Source: a virus
Direction: 5' to 3' (one strand)
Length of the DNA: 64,000 bases
IMG/VR virus record: IMGVR_UViG_3300045988_113306
Each line of letters opens with the position of its first letter. The stretch's first letter is position 1. The notes beneath the pieces were generated by a model. It was given only the letters and a program-made list of their open reading frames with translations, was not told the DNA's origin and did not search any database. Below are positions 8,153-18,829 of this stretch, one piece after another. Both the position numbers and the translations under genes were made by a program.

Positions 8153-9355
8153 TTATGATACTGTATATGTTCCCTCTCCTTGATTGTATAGCTGTGTCGG
8201 GATTGCGTTGTTGACCACCGTCCATTGATAGCGGTAGTTGCCAGCCGGGAGTGAGCCGACTATTGGCAGGGTGATGGACTGATTGAACGTGCTTGTCAAT
8301 TGCGTGAGCGGTTGTCCGTCCCACTTCCTTGTTCCCGATGCCGATGTCAAGACTGAGCCGTTGGGATTGAAAATGGTGATTGTGTATTTATAGGTCACCG
8401 ATGCGTCGGGGTCAACCCACTTCCAACTAACAGTGCCCTTGTTACCCGAAAGCATGAGAAAGTTGAGCATGATGCCCTTGGAGGCACTGCGCTTGAACGG
8501 AATCTGTTTGCCCGATGCTCCGGGACAAGCGAAGCCTTGCAAGCCAACTACGAGCGAGGTCACATCCACCCACTTGCGGAGGTCGATGCCGAGAGCCTGC
8601 GAGTTGATTTCGTTGATGAAAAAGACGGTCACAAGTCGCGTCAACTCACTTTTGAAAAAAGATTCAGGGGATTGGTCGCCCGAATGGGTGTAGTCGTTGA
8701 TTTCGGCGTACCATCCGCGCTGCCATGCACCCGACACTTGCATCTGCGCGTAGTCGTTGCCGCTAACTCTCTTCAATGCACGCGCCCAATTCTTCGTGCG
8801 CTGTATATCGCTGACGAGGATGCACGGATAGGATTGGCCAAGGGTGGCGGTAACGGAGGCATTGCCCACGGCTATGATGTCGTTGATGTCGACGCCCGTA
8901 GTGTTGGAGGTAGAGTAGTTGATGTCGACCGACAGTGCGCTTGCTCCCGTCTTGTCGTAGTAGGCGATGTCGGGCAATGTGCCTTGTGGGTTCATCACGG
9001 CGTTATGGTCGTAACCGTCGAAGTCGGTGCCTCGCAGCCAATCGATGCCGGGTCGCACCTTTTGGTATTCAAAGGTGCAGTCATGCAAGTTTTTAATATA
9101 TCCGAAAACATCGCCGACTTTTAGTCCGTAAAAAATGCCTTGATTGTTGTCGGCGGCGGTTCCGGCGAATTGCGCAGTAGTCAAAGCCTCAAAGCCGTAG
9201 CCGCGGATAGGCTTTATCTTGGAAGCAGGGTTGATGTTATCGGAAATGAAAGCATCCTGCGCGGATGTTGCGCCGTTGACGGGGATGTTCAAGACCGGGA
9301 ATATGTCCGCTTCAAAACTTACAGGGCCGAAGATTTTTCCGTTACTGTGTCCCAT
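8153..9355 (-). CDS. tail fibre / receptor-binding protein paralogue 1
   Basis: 400-aa ORF whose start overlaps the stop of the giant fibre gene (TAATG). N-terminal and central similarity to 6530..7921. Confidence 0.65.
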   Translation of the reverse strand: MGHSNGKIFGPVSFEADIFPVLNIPVNGATSAQDAFISDNINPASKIKPIRGYGFEALTTAQFAGTAADNNQGIFYGLKVGDVFGYIKNLHDCTFEYQKVRPGIDWLRGTDFDGYDHNAVMNPQGTLPDIAYYDKTGASALSVDINYSTSNTTGVDINDIIAVGNASVTATLGQSYPCILVSDIQRTKNWARALKRVSGNDYAQMQVSGAWQRGWYAEINDYTHSGDQSPESFFKSELTRLVTVFFINEINSQALGIDLRKWVDVTSLVVGLQGFACPGASGKQIPFKRSASKGIMLNFLMLSGNKGTVSWKWVDPDASVTYKYTITIFNPNGSVLTSASGTRKWDGQPLTQLTSTFNQSITLPIVGSLPAGNYRYQWTVVNNAIPTQLYNQGEGTYTVS

Positions 9356-12300
9356 TATGCAATCCTCCTTTCCATTTTATTTAACTGTTGTTTAAGCTGT
9401 TGATTCTCGTGCCTTAGTTGTCGCACCTCTTGTTTGAGTGTAGATACATCGTCCTTGACGCCGAGAAGCTCGGAGGCCATCGAGATGACACAGGCGAGGG
9501 CGACTTTCGAGTAGTCCATACCGAGGAATCCGTTGTCGCGAACATACACCGACAGTGGTAGATGCTTATGCCAATACTGTGCGATAGACCCCATGTCGAG
9601 CTTTCCGTTATCGCGCCATGCATATATAATGTTGGGTGCCTTGGCGATGGTCGTGAGCGGCACGTGGATGTCGCGGAGTATTCGTTTTTGTCGGGCGTCG
9701 GATGATGTGTTTTGGCCCCTGAACGACATGTAGCCGTCAGTCCAAATGCCAGTCTTGGCAAATACCACGCCCGATGAATTGGCATAAAACTTGGAACCAC
9801 CATCGCCGACCTGTATTGTGCCGTCGGTGCGGATGATAGCACTTCCCGCATAAACGTTCTTGTTGTTGTAGGTGCGAATCCAAACGTTGTCGCCCATGTG
9901 CCAGCCGCCACCGTAGGTTATGTTGTACCACCCCGTCGCGCCAATCGTGCCGACCCATCCGGCGACGGACAGCTTCTCGGAGGGCGAGGCAGTGCCGATT
10001 CCTACCTTTCTGTCGTTGGTAACGAACAGAGCTGTATAAGTCGGGCCTACGCCAATGCCGGTCGATAACGCTTGAACATAGGTGATGTTTCCACCTACAT
10101 TAAATTTCAGATAAGGATTGTTTGAAATGTTATGCAGCGAGTAGTAGGTTGAGGTTATCGTGCCAACGCCCGTCATATTGCCAGACACGTTGTTGCTTCC
10201 GTCGAAGCTCTGCCCCCAAAGGGTGCGAGAAGCGGAGAGAGCGTCGGCAAATTTTGCGCGGAGGGAGCCATAATTGTTCTTCGAGAGGTCCCAAGTCTGG
10301 CAGTGCGACAAGTACCAATATAGTGGATTTGCCGCGGTCGCATTTGCCCCTTTAAGCGATACGTAACCGCCTAAACTGAAAGTGCCGCTTGCACCACAAT
10401 AGACTACTCTCGCATACCATTCCCATTTACCAGTGCCTGCTGTGCTTGTTATCCATACATCGGAATAGTTGTCGCCCATGGGATTTGAGTTAGCATTGAC
10501 GTTATATCCTACAGGAATTTTGGCTCGGAATATTTGCATGAACACGGCATTGGCGCGTGATTGTATCGATTGCACAAAACCACCGAGCCAAGGTTCAGCC
10601 GCACCCGTGACTTTAATCTGTAAGATGTACCCCGAAGAGCTGGCCGACGCTTGATTGTCGGCTATGCGCGTTACTGTCACGTTGCCGTTTTGTAAGTTAT
10701 TGTAAACACCAACATTGTTGGTGCCGCTTGCAAACTCGGGATCAATGTACAGCGGGGTGCCGTGCTGCATCCCGAAAGCATTAAATGGCATGTTTCCGAC
10801 AGTCAGCGAGGAGTTGATTGCAGGGTGTTCGACCCTATAGCCACGTACGGAATCAAGATGCAGCCCATCCAACAAATCGGCATTCATGTTGGTCACCACA
10901 TTGGTGTTGGTCATCGAGCCACCGGAGCGTGCGAGGTAGTCGGAGGCTGATGCGGTGGCCATAGTGCCGAAGCGACCACGGTCGCAGTACTGGAGATTGG
11001 AGCTTGTGCCTTTATAGCAGCCATTCCAATACGCAAGAACGGCTATCGTCGGCACTGATGAGTTGCCAGTATCGTTATTAACCCAACCCAAATCACAAGG
11101 GGCGGTAGCCGTTTTCTTTGTAATGACCGAGCCGTCGGCCATTAGGAACTGCGAGGCGGTGCCGCCTGATTTGATGAAAGAACCCATTGTCAAAGACCCA
11201 TCTTGTGAAATGCGGCCTATATATCCAGTGTACGAATAATTGGTGTGGGTGTTGATGCGGAGTGAGCCGTTGGTATCGGGAGCGAAATAGATTCCATTTG
11301 GCCCCCCCTTGAACATCAACGCCTGTTCGATTTTTGTGTAGTTTGTGAATGTTTTCGCTCCCGTTATCGTCTGTGCCGTATCTGTCGTAACATACTGCGC
11401 AGCGGCCTTGCCGCCAAGCGAGTTGGCGTTGGCTACGGTGGAGTCGATGAAGGCGAGCGTGCGCCAACCGTAATCAGTGCCATTATGTTTACGGTGCGTG
11501 TATATGTTGTCGGAGTGGAAGTCGAACGCAAGCACACGGCTGTAATAAGTGTCGCCGTTGCCATGGTTGAGCTTGATTACACTGTACCAATTCTGTGTCG
11601 GAGCGTCCCATGCTTTCCAACCATTAGGTTTCTGCATGAACTGAACCGCGCCGCTGACATTGTGGCCATTGTTGTAGTTGACAAGTCTGGCGGTTACCTC
11701 TCCATTATGCACTCCGTCGAGCAAGTCCGCGTCGAGGCCGGAGTTGTGCCCGTCGTTGCCTGAGTGCCAAAGCGTATAGGTGTTGTACTTCAGCTCGTTA
11801 TTGCCGACAATTAGGTTGTACTTGCCGACGGCATCCACCGTCGGCTCTGAAGAGCCGACGGGATTGATGATTATGCGCTTGGCGGTGTTGTGATAACCTA
11901 TTTGGGCGATGATTGCATTGGCTGTATTTTTGAACCCGTAACAAACGTATTGCGAATTATCGGTGCTGTTTTTGAGGTATACATCTTTCGCAAGCATGGT
12001 CAGATGACCCGTCATTGTATCGCCCGCTTTGTTGACGAACGCCCCGTTAGCCCACGATTGTGTTGCGTAGCCGTGTGAGCTTAGATAGTTTGATAGCGAT
12101 GACTCGTCGAGGCCGCTTGTGGCGATTGTGGAATTGACCCACTTTGCACCATTCCACACCAATGCTTGCCCTGCGGCGAGTGAGCCGAGGCTTACATCCT
12201 TGAGGTCGGAGAGGTTGGCGGCTCCTGCAGAAGTACTGCCACCGCTGCCGTCATTTGCTCCACGAAATGAGAGCCAACCATCGGCATACATGTTGCCTTT

Positions 12301-15300
12301 TATCCTTAGCGCGTTATGTGTTGTGTCATAGGTCAGCTCTATCATGTGGGCTCCATCGGGACTACCCAGCCACAAAGATGTGAACGGTCGCTGTGGTGTT
12401 ACACTCTTTACATCGGCGAATACCGCAGTGTTATTAGGATTGAACTTGAACAATCCCAAAACATTTCCGACGGAGTTCTCGCCGACAAAGAACGATAACG
12501 GGTCGGCGTGCAAGTTACCCGTAGTGTCCCACCAAAGGTTGCCGTTGGCAAAGTAACCCGAACCATCCATCCTGACAAGTCCCGTAGCTATGCGGGCGGC
12601 ATCCGCTTGTGCCTGTGTCACCCCCGATTTCAAAGTCCAGCGCGGAGGCACTACCGAGTCGTTCCATTCATAGTAATCCTCCTTGTCGGTCTGAGAGCCG
12701 CCGTACCAAGTGGCTATGCTTCGCGTCCCCTTGTCTGGGACGATGATTCCGTTGATTCCGCTCCATGTAATACGCTTGCTTATGTCGTCGGGATGTTGCG
12801 GGTCGCCTACTCCGAGCGCAATCAATGATGTCAGGAAAAGTCCCCCCTCGGTTATGGACTTCTGCTGCAACGCCTCTTTGAGATAGTCAAGGTCGGCGAC
12901 GGCGTTTACGGACGCGAGCTTGGCCAAGTTTGCCAACACCGTCGACATGTTTGTTCGTGCGGCGTAATAGGCGTTCATGTTAACGGCGAAGTTGTCGGGG
13001 ACTGACACACAGCCGTCTGCATCCCTGTCGGCTGTAAGGATGTCGTTCAACATCGTATGGTACGTATTGTACGCAGTGTCGAAAGTGGTCTTTGCCTGTG
13101 CAGCTCCGTCAAGTTTGCTCACCAAGTCGCCGTAGAGCTGGTATTGTTGGTCGTATTCGCTCTTGGTGCTCTCAATGCGCACAAGCTCCAGCTTCAGCTC
13201 AGGGAACTCAGGTGGGGAGAACACGCCGTCCTGCGCCCATTTTGAAAGTCGGTCACGGGCCTCGATGGCAACGGTGTCATCCGTGTATTTGCTTGCCAGC
13301 GTCCAATCCGATATGCTGAACGCCTCGCCCTTCTCCTTTTGGGTTACGCACCTTAGTATGTCGTTGGAGTATTGGCTGCCGTATGTAGCGTTGACCCAAA
13401 GGTCGCCCTCGTCGTAGGGTGGTACGGGCTGCTTCGTGAATATGCGACGCTTGCCATCGGCGGTGTCCTGGGCTTTCTGAGCTGCAGCCAACGCCTTAGT
13501 TATGGCCTCGTCGGTTATTACCGCCCAAAAATAGGTGCCGTCGGCTTTCTGTGAGAACCTGTATGCTGAACCCGTAAGGTTGTCGTAATACAAGTCACCC
13601 AAGTGTCGTATCTTCTCGTTGTCATTGCCGTTCTCGGTGTCAATGGCCACCCATTCGGATGCTGGGGGAACGGACATGGACGGCGCTCCATCTGCAAAGA
13701 ACGTTTCAATTACACCGTCTATTTGGTCTTGTATGCCTTTTAGCGCATTGTCTATGAAGTTGCTTATGTCCTCAGAAACTCCTGAGTTCTCCTTTATGAA
13801 GTCGGTGATGAGCGTATCGCCGACCGTGGAATCCACCGTCAACCGTCCGCGTATCTCCACCCCTCTTTCCGGGGTGAACTTAACGTATGTCTTTTGGTCT
13901 TTCGGCCCTATGAACATCTCGCCGTAGCAATGGAAGTACGGGCGGGGCGGGGTCTTGGTCTTATCCACTCCGTATTCTATGACGGCCTTGTCATCCAAGC
14001 TATAGCTGTCAATGCCGTTATACAATGTTATGCACGGGGCAAAGGCATCCACCGTCGATATGACTATTGCGCTTTGTCTTGTCTTATCCTCGGGGTTTCC
14101 TAAGTGGCATAGGACGTCGCCGACTTGCGGGATGTTGCTCCCCTCGGCAAATCCCACTCCCTCCTCGACATTGGAAAGCTCAACAAAAGAGTTCTCATTG
14201 TCTACGGCTGTGACCAATCGCCAATAGTAGTTGTTGGACGCATTTTCATAAATGCCGGCCGAAACGTTGAACTCCTGCGACAACACTTGGTCGTTTACCG
14301 CAAACCGGCACTTACTGCCTTTCTCGTCATCCTTGGCCTTGAAATAGCAGCGATAGCCGATGACAGTCGTCACGTTGTCGGCTGTCTGCGTTATTTCCTC
14401 CACGAAAGAGATTGTTATTGACCCTCCGGGGGTGACTATCAGCTTGCCGCCAATGGAACTTACATTGGCGATTTCAAGTCGCTCAAAAATCGCCTTCATT
14501 CGCACTTTGAGCATATCAACCTCGGCATAGGTATATCCCGTTTCCTTGTCCAAGAAGAAAATGCCGCCGGAGGCTCCGCTCACAAAATCGCCTACCTCGA
14601 AGCCCGTATCTGACGACAGCTTATATGGAGTCCTATCGGACTTTTGCTTGTTGAGATAGCGACGTTCTGCAAGCCCAGCGCTCATCCCGCCGCCCGTGCC
14701 GCCATATCCCAATGTCGTTGCGTTCGCTACCAATGTTGCGGCCCTTTCCAAAACCTGTTCGACAAACGACTGCCCCACTGCCAATGAGTCCGTAAGTGCT
14801 ATCTTTATGTCGGGGAGCGCTTCATTGTTCTTGCACTCTATTCCGAATTCGGAAACGTATTGTTCCCATATACGACCGTTGTATTCAACCTTTATGCGTG
14901 AGTTCTCGTCCAATTCGGCCAAAAGTTCTTTATTCTCCGCAAAGAATATCCTTGACGCGGAAATGTCGAACGTGAACTTTTCCTCATTGTTGTCGGCCAT
15001 GAAGCGCAACATCTCTTCCTCACCGCGCTTCTCGGCGGCTTCGACATATCCCTGCGGTAAGTCTATGTTGATTATGTTGAAAGTGTCGCCGACGGCGGGC
15101 ATGTAGTTGTTCGTGCGGTTTGGCATTATCACGCCGAACGTGGTGGCATCCTTTTGGACGGCTATCCATATTGAGTACTTAGATGTGTCCTGCTGCCATT
15201 CCTGAATGTTGTCCTTTCGTATCTGATTGTCCTGCGTCCCTCCGAGCAATCCGCCGTTAGGCCCAACCGTCTGTACGGGATTCTGCCATACGACCACTCC

Positions 15301-17256
15301 GTCCTTTTCGACTTCCAATACCTGTATCTTGAACTTACATCCGTTGCACTTTCCCGATGTCATCTGTATGGTCATCGGGTCGGTCTGGGATGCGTGTCTG
15401 AACAAGTCGAACCCGTATGGGCCGTTGAACTTATGCAGTCTTAGATAGAAGAATGAATGTGCATAATTCTCGGCATCATTCTTCTCCTTGTCATCCTCCG
15501 CTTCCGCTTTCAATGAATCGTTGTCGTCGCTGTCGTAGCCTATACCGGCTATCTCGCCGAGCAATTCACCACGTGGATTTTCGGCTGTCACAACTCCATT
15601 GCGCACTCCCTCTATCGTCGGCTTTATGTCCTCGTTTACATATATGTATTCGTTTGGATTGCCTGCGACATAGGGATTGGAAAATACATAATATTCGTTG
15701 GTGTCCGGGTCTTTATATGTATTGTTCAGTGCGTTGTAGAATCGCTCAGCGCCCTTAGTGGCCCTATACTTGGGTGGCATGAGATTCGTTTGAAAAGGCA
15801 TCCTGCCCGTATATGACAAGCTGAAGCTCTCGCCCGACTCAAGCGTATTGAGAATGTTCATGTCGGCCAAACCCAATCCGAAAGCGCCAATGCTGTCGTA
15901 TGTCTGAGAGCCCTTGCGCCAAAACTTAGCGGTCTTTTGTCCGTTGGTCAGTCTTATGGCCGGTACCCTGAACTTAGGCAGTGAATTGTGTTTGGTGATA
16001 TTGAACTTTACGGTGACGATGACAGTGTTGTCCCTTGCCTTCAATGTACCGAAGTTGTATGTCCCGTCAGTAGAGGGAAGTATTATGCCGCCGTTCAATG
16101 TAAGTCGTTGTATGGTGACTTTTGGGTCGGAAGCCAACCAATTGCTCGTCATGTCATTGGTCGGGGCCTCGTTGACCCTCCATATCTCGCCTATGAGTTC
16201 AGTGAGTATATAATCTTCCTGTTCGGTGGTGGTGAAATTTATCACAACGTCGGCAATGCCCGAATCGGGGACGTCGTGCCATACCGAGTCGCCGGAAAAC
16301 TGAAACTTGCGCTCCAGCGTGGAAGCGAATACGACATTTTCGCCCTCGTTTATGTTGGCAAGCAGCTGCTGCTCGTTGAGTATGAGTATGTCCGACGCCT
16401 TTAGCTTCTTGTTGGAGATTGGCACCGTTATCACCGACTTGCCCCGCTCATTCTCGTTGGGGTAGTAATGAGGTATGTTCTCGGATGAGCCCTTGAATGT
16501 GATGCGATTTATAATCTTGGCGTTCGCGTTGTTCTTTTTTACCGACAGCAAGGAGTTGTCATGGCCGTATTTGAATACATGGCTGACTACGCTGTATGCC
16601 TCATTGAATACAATCTTTTTGCCTCGGAACGCAAACGGTATCTCGTATTTGTTGTAACCTTCCACCAATGCGTCCCAAAGCCATTGGTCGGAGAATGACA
16701 ACTCTTTTGAGATGCTTAGGTCGCCGTCGCCGTAGCTGCTGACGACAACGCAATATCCGTCCCCGACGGGTGTGTCGGCATCGGTCAGTGTCGTCTTTCG
16801 GTTGAGTATGCTGTCGCCTATACCGGCATATCTGAAAGCACAATTGAGTCGGTCGGCATATTCTCTCATGTCGCCGAAGAACCTGAATTCGGTCGAGTTG
16901 GTGTTCGGCTTGTCGTATGTAGACGACCACGACGGCACTACGTCATAGAAATAGACTTTGCCTAATTGCTCTCGTTCGGACTTGAACTCAAGGGAGTGCT
17001 TGTATCGTGAATCCGTGTTGTTTTTCTCCGACGACGGTGTTTGCCGTATATAATACTTCTCTCCACGCAATACGACGTATTCCTTGTCAGTCCATTCATC
17101 GTCAAGACAAGTGGGCCACATGAGAGTTGCCGTAAGTGACGGCATACCCATGCGGGGCGACTTGAAAGAATAGTCGGTAATCTCTATGTCGTGGAACGTA
17201 GGGTTGTTGTCGCCCAACCCATTGTCCGTCCTTAGCTTCAGTACTTCTCTTACCAT
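9355..17256 (-). CDS. giant tail fibre/tailspike protein with C-terminal intramolecular chaperone (peptidase S74-like) domain
   Basis: Uninterrupted 2633-aa ORF. The last 115 aa start with SDARQKRI (S74 autocleavage-type motif) and end in a coiled coil (LKQEVRQLRHENQQLKQQL). Confidence 0.85.
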   Translation of the reverse strand: MVREVLKLRTDNGLGDNNPTFHDIEITDYSFKSPRMGMPSLTATLMWPTCLDDEWTDKEYVVLRGEKYYIRQTPSSEKNNTDSRYKHSLEFKSEREQLGKVYFYDVVPSWSSTYDKPNTNSTEFRFFGDMREYADRLNCAFRYAGIGDSILNRKTTLTDADTPVGDGYCVVVSSYGDGDLSISKELSFSDQWLWDALVEGYNKYEIPFAFRGKKIVFNEAYSVVSHVFKYGHDNSLLSVKKNNANAKIINRITFKGSSENIPHYYPNENERGKSVITVPISNKKLKASDILILNEQQLLANINEGENVVFASTLERKFQFSGDSVWHDVPDSGIADVVINFTTTEQEDYILTELIGEIWRVNEAPTNDMTSNWLASDPKVTIQRLTLNGGIILPSTDGTYNFGTLKARDNTVIVTVKFNITKHNSLPKFRVPAIRLTNGQKTAKFWRKGSQTYDSIGAFGLGLADMNILNTLESGESFSLSYTGRMPFQTNLMPPKYRATKGAERFYNALNNTYKDPDTNEYYVFSNPYVAGNPNEYIYVNEDIKPTIEGVRNGVVTAENPRGELLGEIAGIGYDSDDNDSLKAEAEDDKEKNDAENYAHSFFYLRLHKFNGPYGFDLFRHASQTDPMTIQMTSGKCNGCKFKIQVLEVEKDGVVVWQNPVQTVGPNGGLLGGTQDNQIRKDNIQEWQQDTSKYSIWIAVQKDATTFGVIMPNRTNNYMPAVGDTFNIINIDLPQGYVEAAEKRGEEEMLRFMADNNEEKFTFDISASRIFFAENKELLAELDENSRIKVEYNGRIWEQYVSEFGIECKNNEALPDIKIALTDSLAVGQSFVEQVLERAATLVANATTLGYGGTGGGMSAGLAERRYLNKQKSDRTPYKLSSDTGFEVGDFVSGASGGIFFLDKETGYTYAEVDMLKVRMKAIFERLEIANVSSIGGKLIVTPGGSITISFVEEITQTADNVTTVIGYRCYFKAKDDEKGSKCRFAVNDQVLSQEFNVSAGIYENASNNYYWRLVTAVDNENSFVELSNVEEGVGFAEGSNIPQVGDVLCHLGNPEDKTRQSAIVISTVDAFAPCITLYNGIDSYSLDDKAVIEYGVDKTKTPPRPYFHCYGEMFIGPKDQKTYVKFTPERGVEIRGRLTVDSTVGDTLITDFIKENSGVSEDISNFIDNALKGIQDQIDGVIETFFADGAPSMSVPPASEWVAIDTENGNDNEKIRHLGDLYYDNLTGSAYRFSQKADGTYFWAVITDEAITKALAAAQKAQDTADGKRRIFTKQPVPPYDEGDLWVNATYGSQYSNDILRCVTQKEKGEAFSISDWTLASKYTDDTVAIEARDRLSKWAQDGVFSPPEFPELKLELVRIESTKSEYDQQYQLYGDLVSKLDGAAQAKTTFDTAYNTYHTMLNDILTADRDADGCVSVPDNFAVNMNAYYAARTNMSTVLANLAKLASVNAVADLDYLKEALQQKSITEGGLFLTSLIALGVGDPQHPDDISKRITWSGINGIIVPDKGTRSIATWYGGSQTDKEDYYEWNDSVVPPRWTLKSGVTQAQADAARIATGLVRMDGSGYFANGNLWWDTTGNLHADPLSFFVGENSVGNVLGLFKFNPNNTAVFADVKSVTPQRPFTSLWLGSPDGAHMIELTYDTTHNALRIKGNMYADGWLSFRGANDGSGGSTSAGAANLSDLKDVSLGSLAAGQALVWNGAKWVNSTIATSGLDESSLSNYLSSHGYATQSWANGAFVNKAGDTMTGHLTMLAKDVYLKNSTDNSQYVCYGFKNTANAIIAQIGYHNTAKRIIINPVGSSEPTVDAVGKYNLIVGNNELKYNTYTLWHSGNDGHNSGLDADLLDGVHNGEVTARLVNYNNGHNVSGAVQFMQKPNGWKAWDAPTQNWYSVIKLNHGNGDTYYSRVLAFDFHSDNIYTHRKHNGTDYGWRTLAFIDSTVANANSLGGKAAAQYVTTDTAQTITGAKTFTNYTKIEQALMFKGGPNGIYFAPDTNGSLRINTHTNYSYTGYIGRISQDGSLTMGSFIKSGGTASQFLMADGSVITKKTATAPCDLGWVNNDTGNSSVPTIAVLAYWNGCYKGTSSNLQYCDRGRFGTMATASASDYLARSGGSMTNTNVVTNMNADLLDGLHLDSVRGYRVEHPAINSSLTVGNMPFNAFGMQHGTPLYIDPEFASGTNNVGVYNNLQNGNVTVTRIADNQASASSSGYILQIKVTGAAEPWLGGFVQSIQSRANAVFMQIFRAKIPVGYNVNANSNPMGDNYSDVWITSTAGTGKWEWYARVVYCGASGTFSLGGYVSLKGANATAANPLYWYLSHCQTWDLSKNNYGSLRAKFADALSASRTLWGQSFDGSNNVSGNMTGVGTITSTYYSLHNISNNPYLKFNVGGNITYVQALSTGIGVGPTYTALFVTNDRKVGIGTASPSEKLSVAGWVGTIGATGWYNITYGGGWHMGDNVWIRTYNNKNVYAGSAIIRTDGTIQVGDGGSKFYANSSGVVFAKTGIWTDGYMSFRGQNTSSDARQKRILRDIHVPLTTIAKAPNIIYAWRDNGKLDMGSIAQYWHKHLPLSVYVRDNGFLGMDYSKVALACVISMASELLGVKDDVSTLKQEVRQLRHENQQLKQQLNKMERRIA

Positions 17257-17260
17257 GCTG

Positions 17261-18823
17261 TTAATCGTTAACTACAGTGGTTTCCTTTTCTGAATATTTC
17301 TTAGTTAGTTGCAATGTTTTTTCCTGCTTGTCCAACTCTTCCTGCATTTCCGCGTCTTTTTCCTTGGCCACTCGCGAAAGCTCGTCAGGGCAGCTCTCAG
17401 TGTTCTTCTCTATCAAGGTCTGCTTGGATATGGCCCCAGCTCCCGAAAGCGTCGTGAGCATTTGATTGTAAGCTTCGTTTGACTGCGGACGCCATACGAC
17501 GAAACGAGTGCGGATGTTTAGCTTTTTGAAGTCGGTGATGGCCTTTTCAAAGCCTTCCTCACCTTTTACGACCAACTCCCTTGCAAGGCCCTCCTTGAAC
17601 AATCGCATCATCTTATTGGCGAAGTTCTGCCATTCATTCACATCCTGCAACGCTGTTTCAATGTCAAGCTCCTGTGTGAGCTGAACTGCGATGCCCGAAG
17701 TGTCACCAGACAGCTTGATGTCCTTTGGCAATATGAAAGTGGTGCCTGACCCCTTTTGTATGGAGTATTCCATTTGGTCGAGCGTTTCAATCATGTTCTG
17801 AGGGGAGGGCGGTGTCAGTATCTTGGCATCCGCTTCGGGCGACATCGATGTGTCGTTCAGTACCACATTTCCGGCGACTTTTTGTCCCGTTTGGTTGAAC
17901 TTGCCCTTGACATAGAGCACGCCCCAACCATAACGGTTCTGAATGACCATGAACGTGTTGTATGTGCGCTCGTACACCTCAATCAAGTCCTGAACGTTGT
18001 CCCAAGCCACGGGGCCTCGCTTGACGGCAAGAGGGCATTCGCTGAATCCGTGGGGTACGGGTGTGTGATGCACCCAACCGTCGGATGTCATCACGCCTTT
18101 TTCGTCAGTCACCACTTCGTCGGATGATGTGATGCGATACATGTACGTGTCATCATAGCAGTCAATATATTCAACATCGTCCACCGAATAATACACACAT
18201 TCAAGTATGTGGTCGCCGTTTGCATCCTTGTGGGTTATGATGTTGAAACCGTCAGAATACTTCAATATCCGGGCCTTTATCTCGCCGTTGAAGTCATGGT
18301 AGAAGAGCATACCGACAACGCTTTCCGACTTCTGTGTCAGGACGGCTTCTGTCTTTATGCCGTCCATGTTGCGCTCATCCCATGTCTGCTTGATTTTTAT
18401 AAACTGCTTGTTCTGCGCGTCGGTCGGCTCCGTATTCAACAACACATGGCTCATTTGGTTGTTGCACAAGTGAAGCGTCTGCTTCTTGGTGATGTTCTGC
18501 TGAAACGGTATCGGCATACGTTTTGACTCTATCTGAATCCATCCTCCATTGGAGTTTTTCACCGTAATCGACGGAATGTTCTCATCATGCAGCACTGTGT
18601 GACTCCACGGGTCGTATTCCTTTAGCAACTGTCCAATGGGGACTATGCGGCGACGGACTCTCGGCAAAGTTGCACGCACCTTGGTACCGACGGACTCAAC
18701 CTCGGACGATAGCATTTGTGGCGATTTGACGTTTGTTATCACCCTATAATACGGTCGAGTCGCCAACAGCTTGTCGGGGTCGGCCAACAAGGCAGCTATC
18801 TGTTGTATTGTTGATTCATTCAT
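17261..18823 (-). CDS. putative portal protein
   Basis: 520-aa ORF one gene downstream of TerL, with an acidic C-terminal tail. Call rests on size and position. Confidence 0.6.
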   Translation of the reverse strand: MNESTIQQIAALLADPDKLLATRPYYRVITNVKSPQMLSSEVESVGTKVRATLPRVRRRIVPIGQLLKEYDPWSHTVLHDENIPSITVKNSNGGWIQIESKRMPIPFQQNITKKQTLHLCNNQMSHVLLNTEPTDAQNKQFIKIKQTWDERNMDGIKTEAVLTQKSESVVGMLFYHDFNGEIKARILKYSDGFNIITHKDANGDHILECVYYSVDDVEYIDCYDDTYMYRITSSDEVVTDEKGVMTSDGWVHHTPVPHGFSECPLAVKRGPVAWDNVQDLIEVYERTYNTFMVIQNRYGWGVLYVKGKFNQTGQKVAGNVVLNDTSMSPEADAKILTPPSPQNMIETLDQMEYSIQKGSGTTFILPKDIKLSGDTSGIAVQLTQELDIETALQDVNEWQNFANKMMRLFKEGLARELVVKGEEGFEKAITDFKKLNIRTRFVVWRPQSNEAYNQMLTTLSGAGAISKQTLIEKNTESCPDELSRVAKEKDAEMQEELDKQEKTLQLTKKYSEKETTVVND

Positions 18824-18829
18824 ATATCG

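Noticed and set aside
8156-8170. Partial copy of the late palindrome (ATGATACTGTATATG) at the 3' end of fibre paralogue 1.
   Set aside because: Only the central 11 nt match, and no TAnnTTTG box lies at the 56-57-nt spacing on either strand.
9414-16930. Many 60-165-aa ORFs on both strands inside the 2633-aa fibre gene.
   Set aside because: All are nested in one uninterrupted 7.9-kb ORF with a recognisable C-terminal domain. Their compositions (Arg/Ser/Cys/His-rich) are typical of out-of-frame or antisense shadows.
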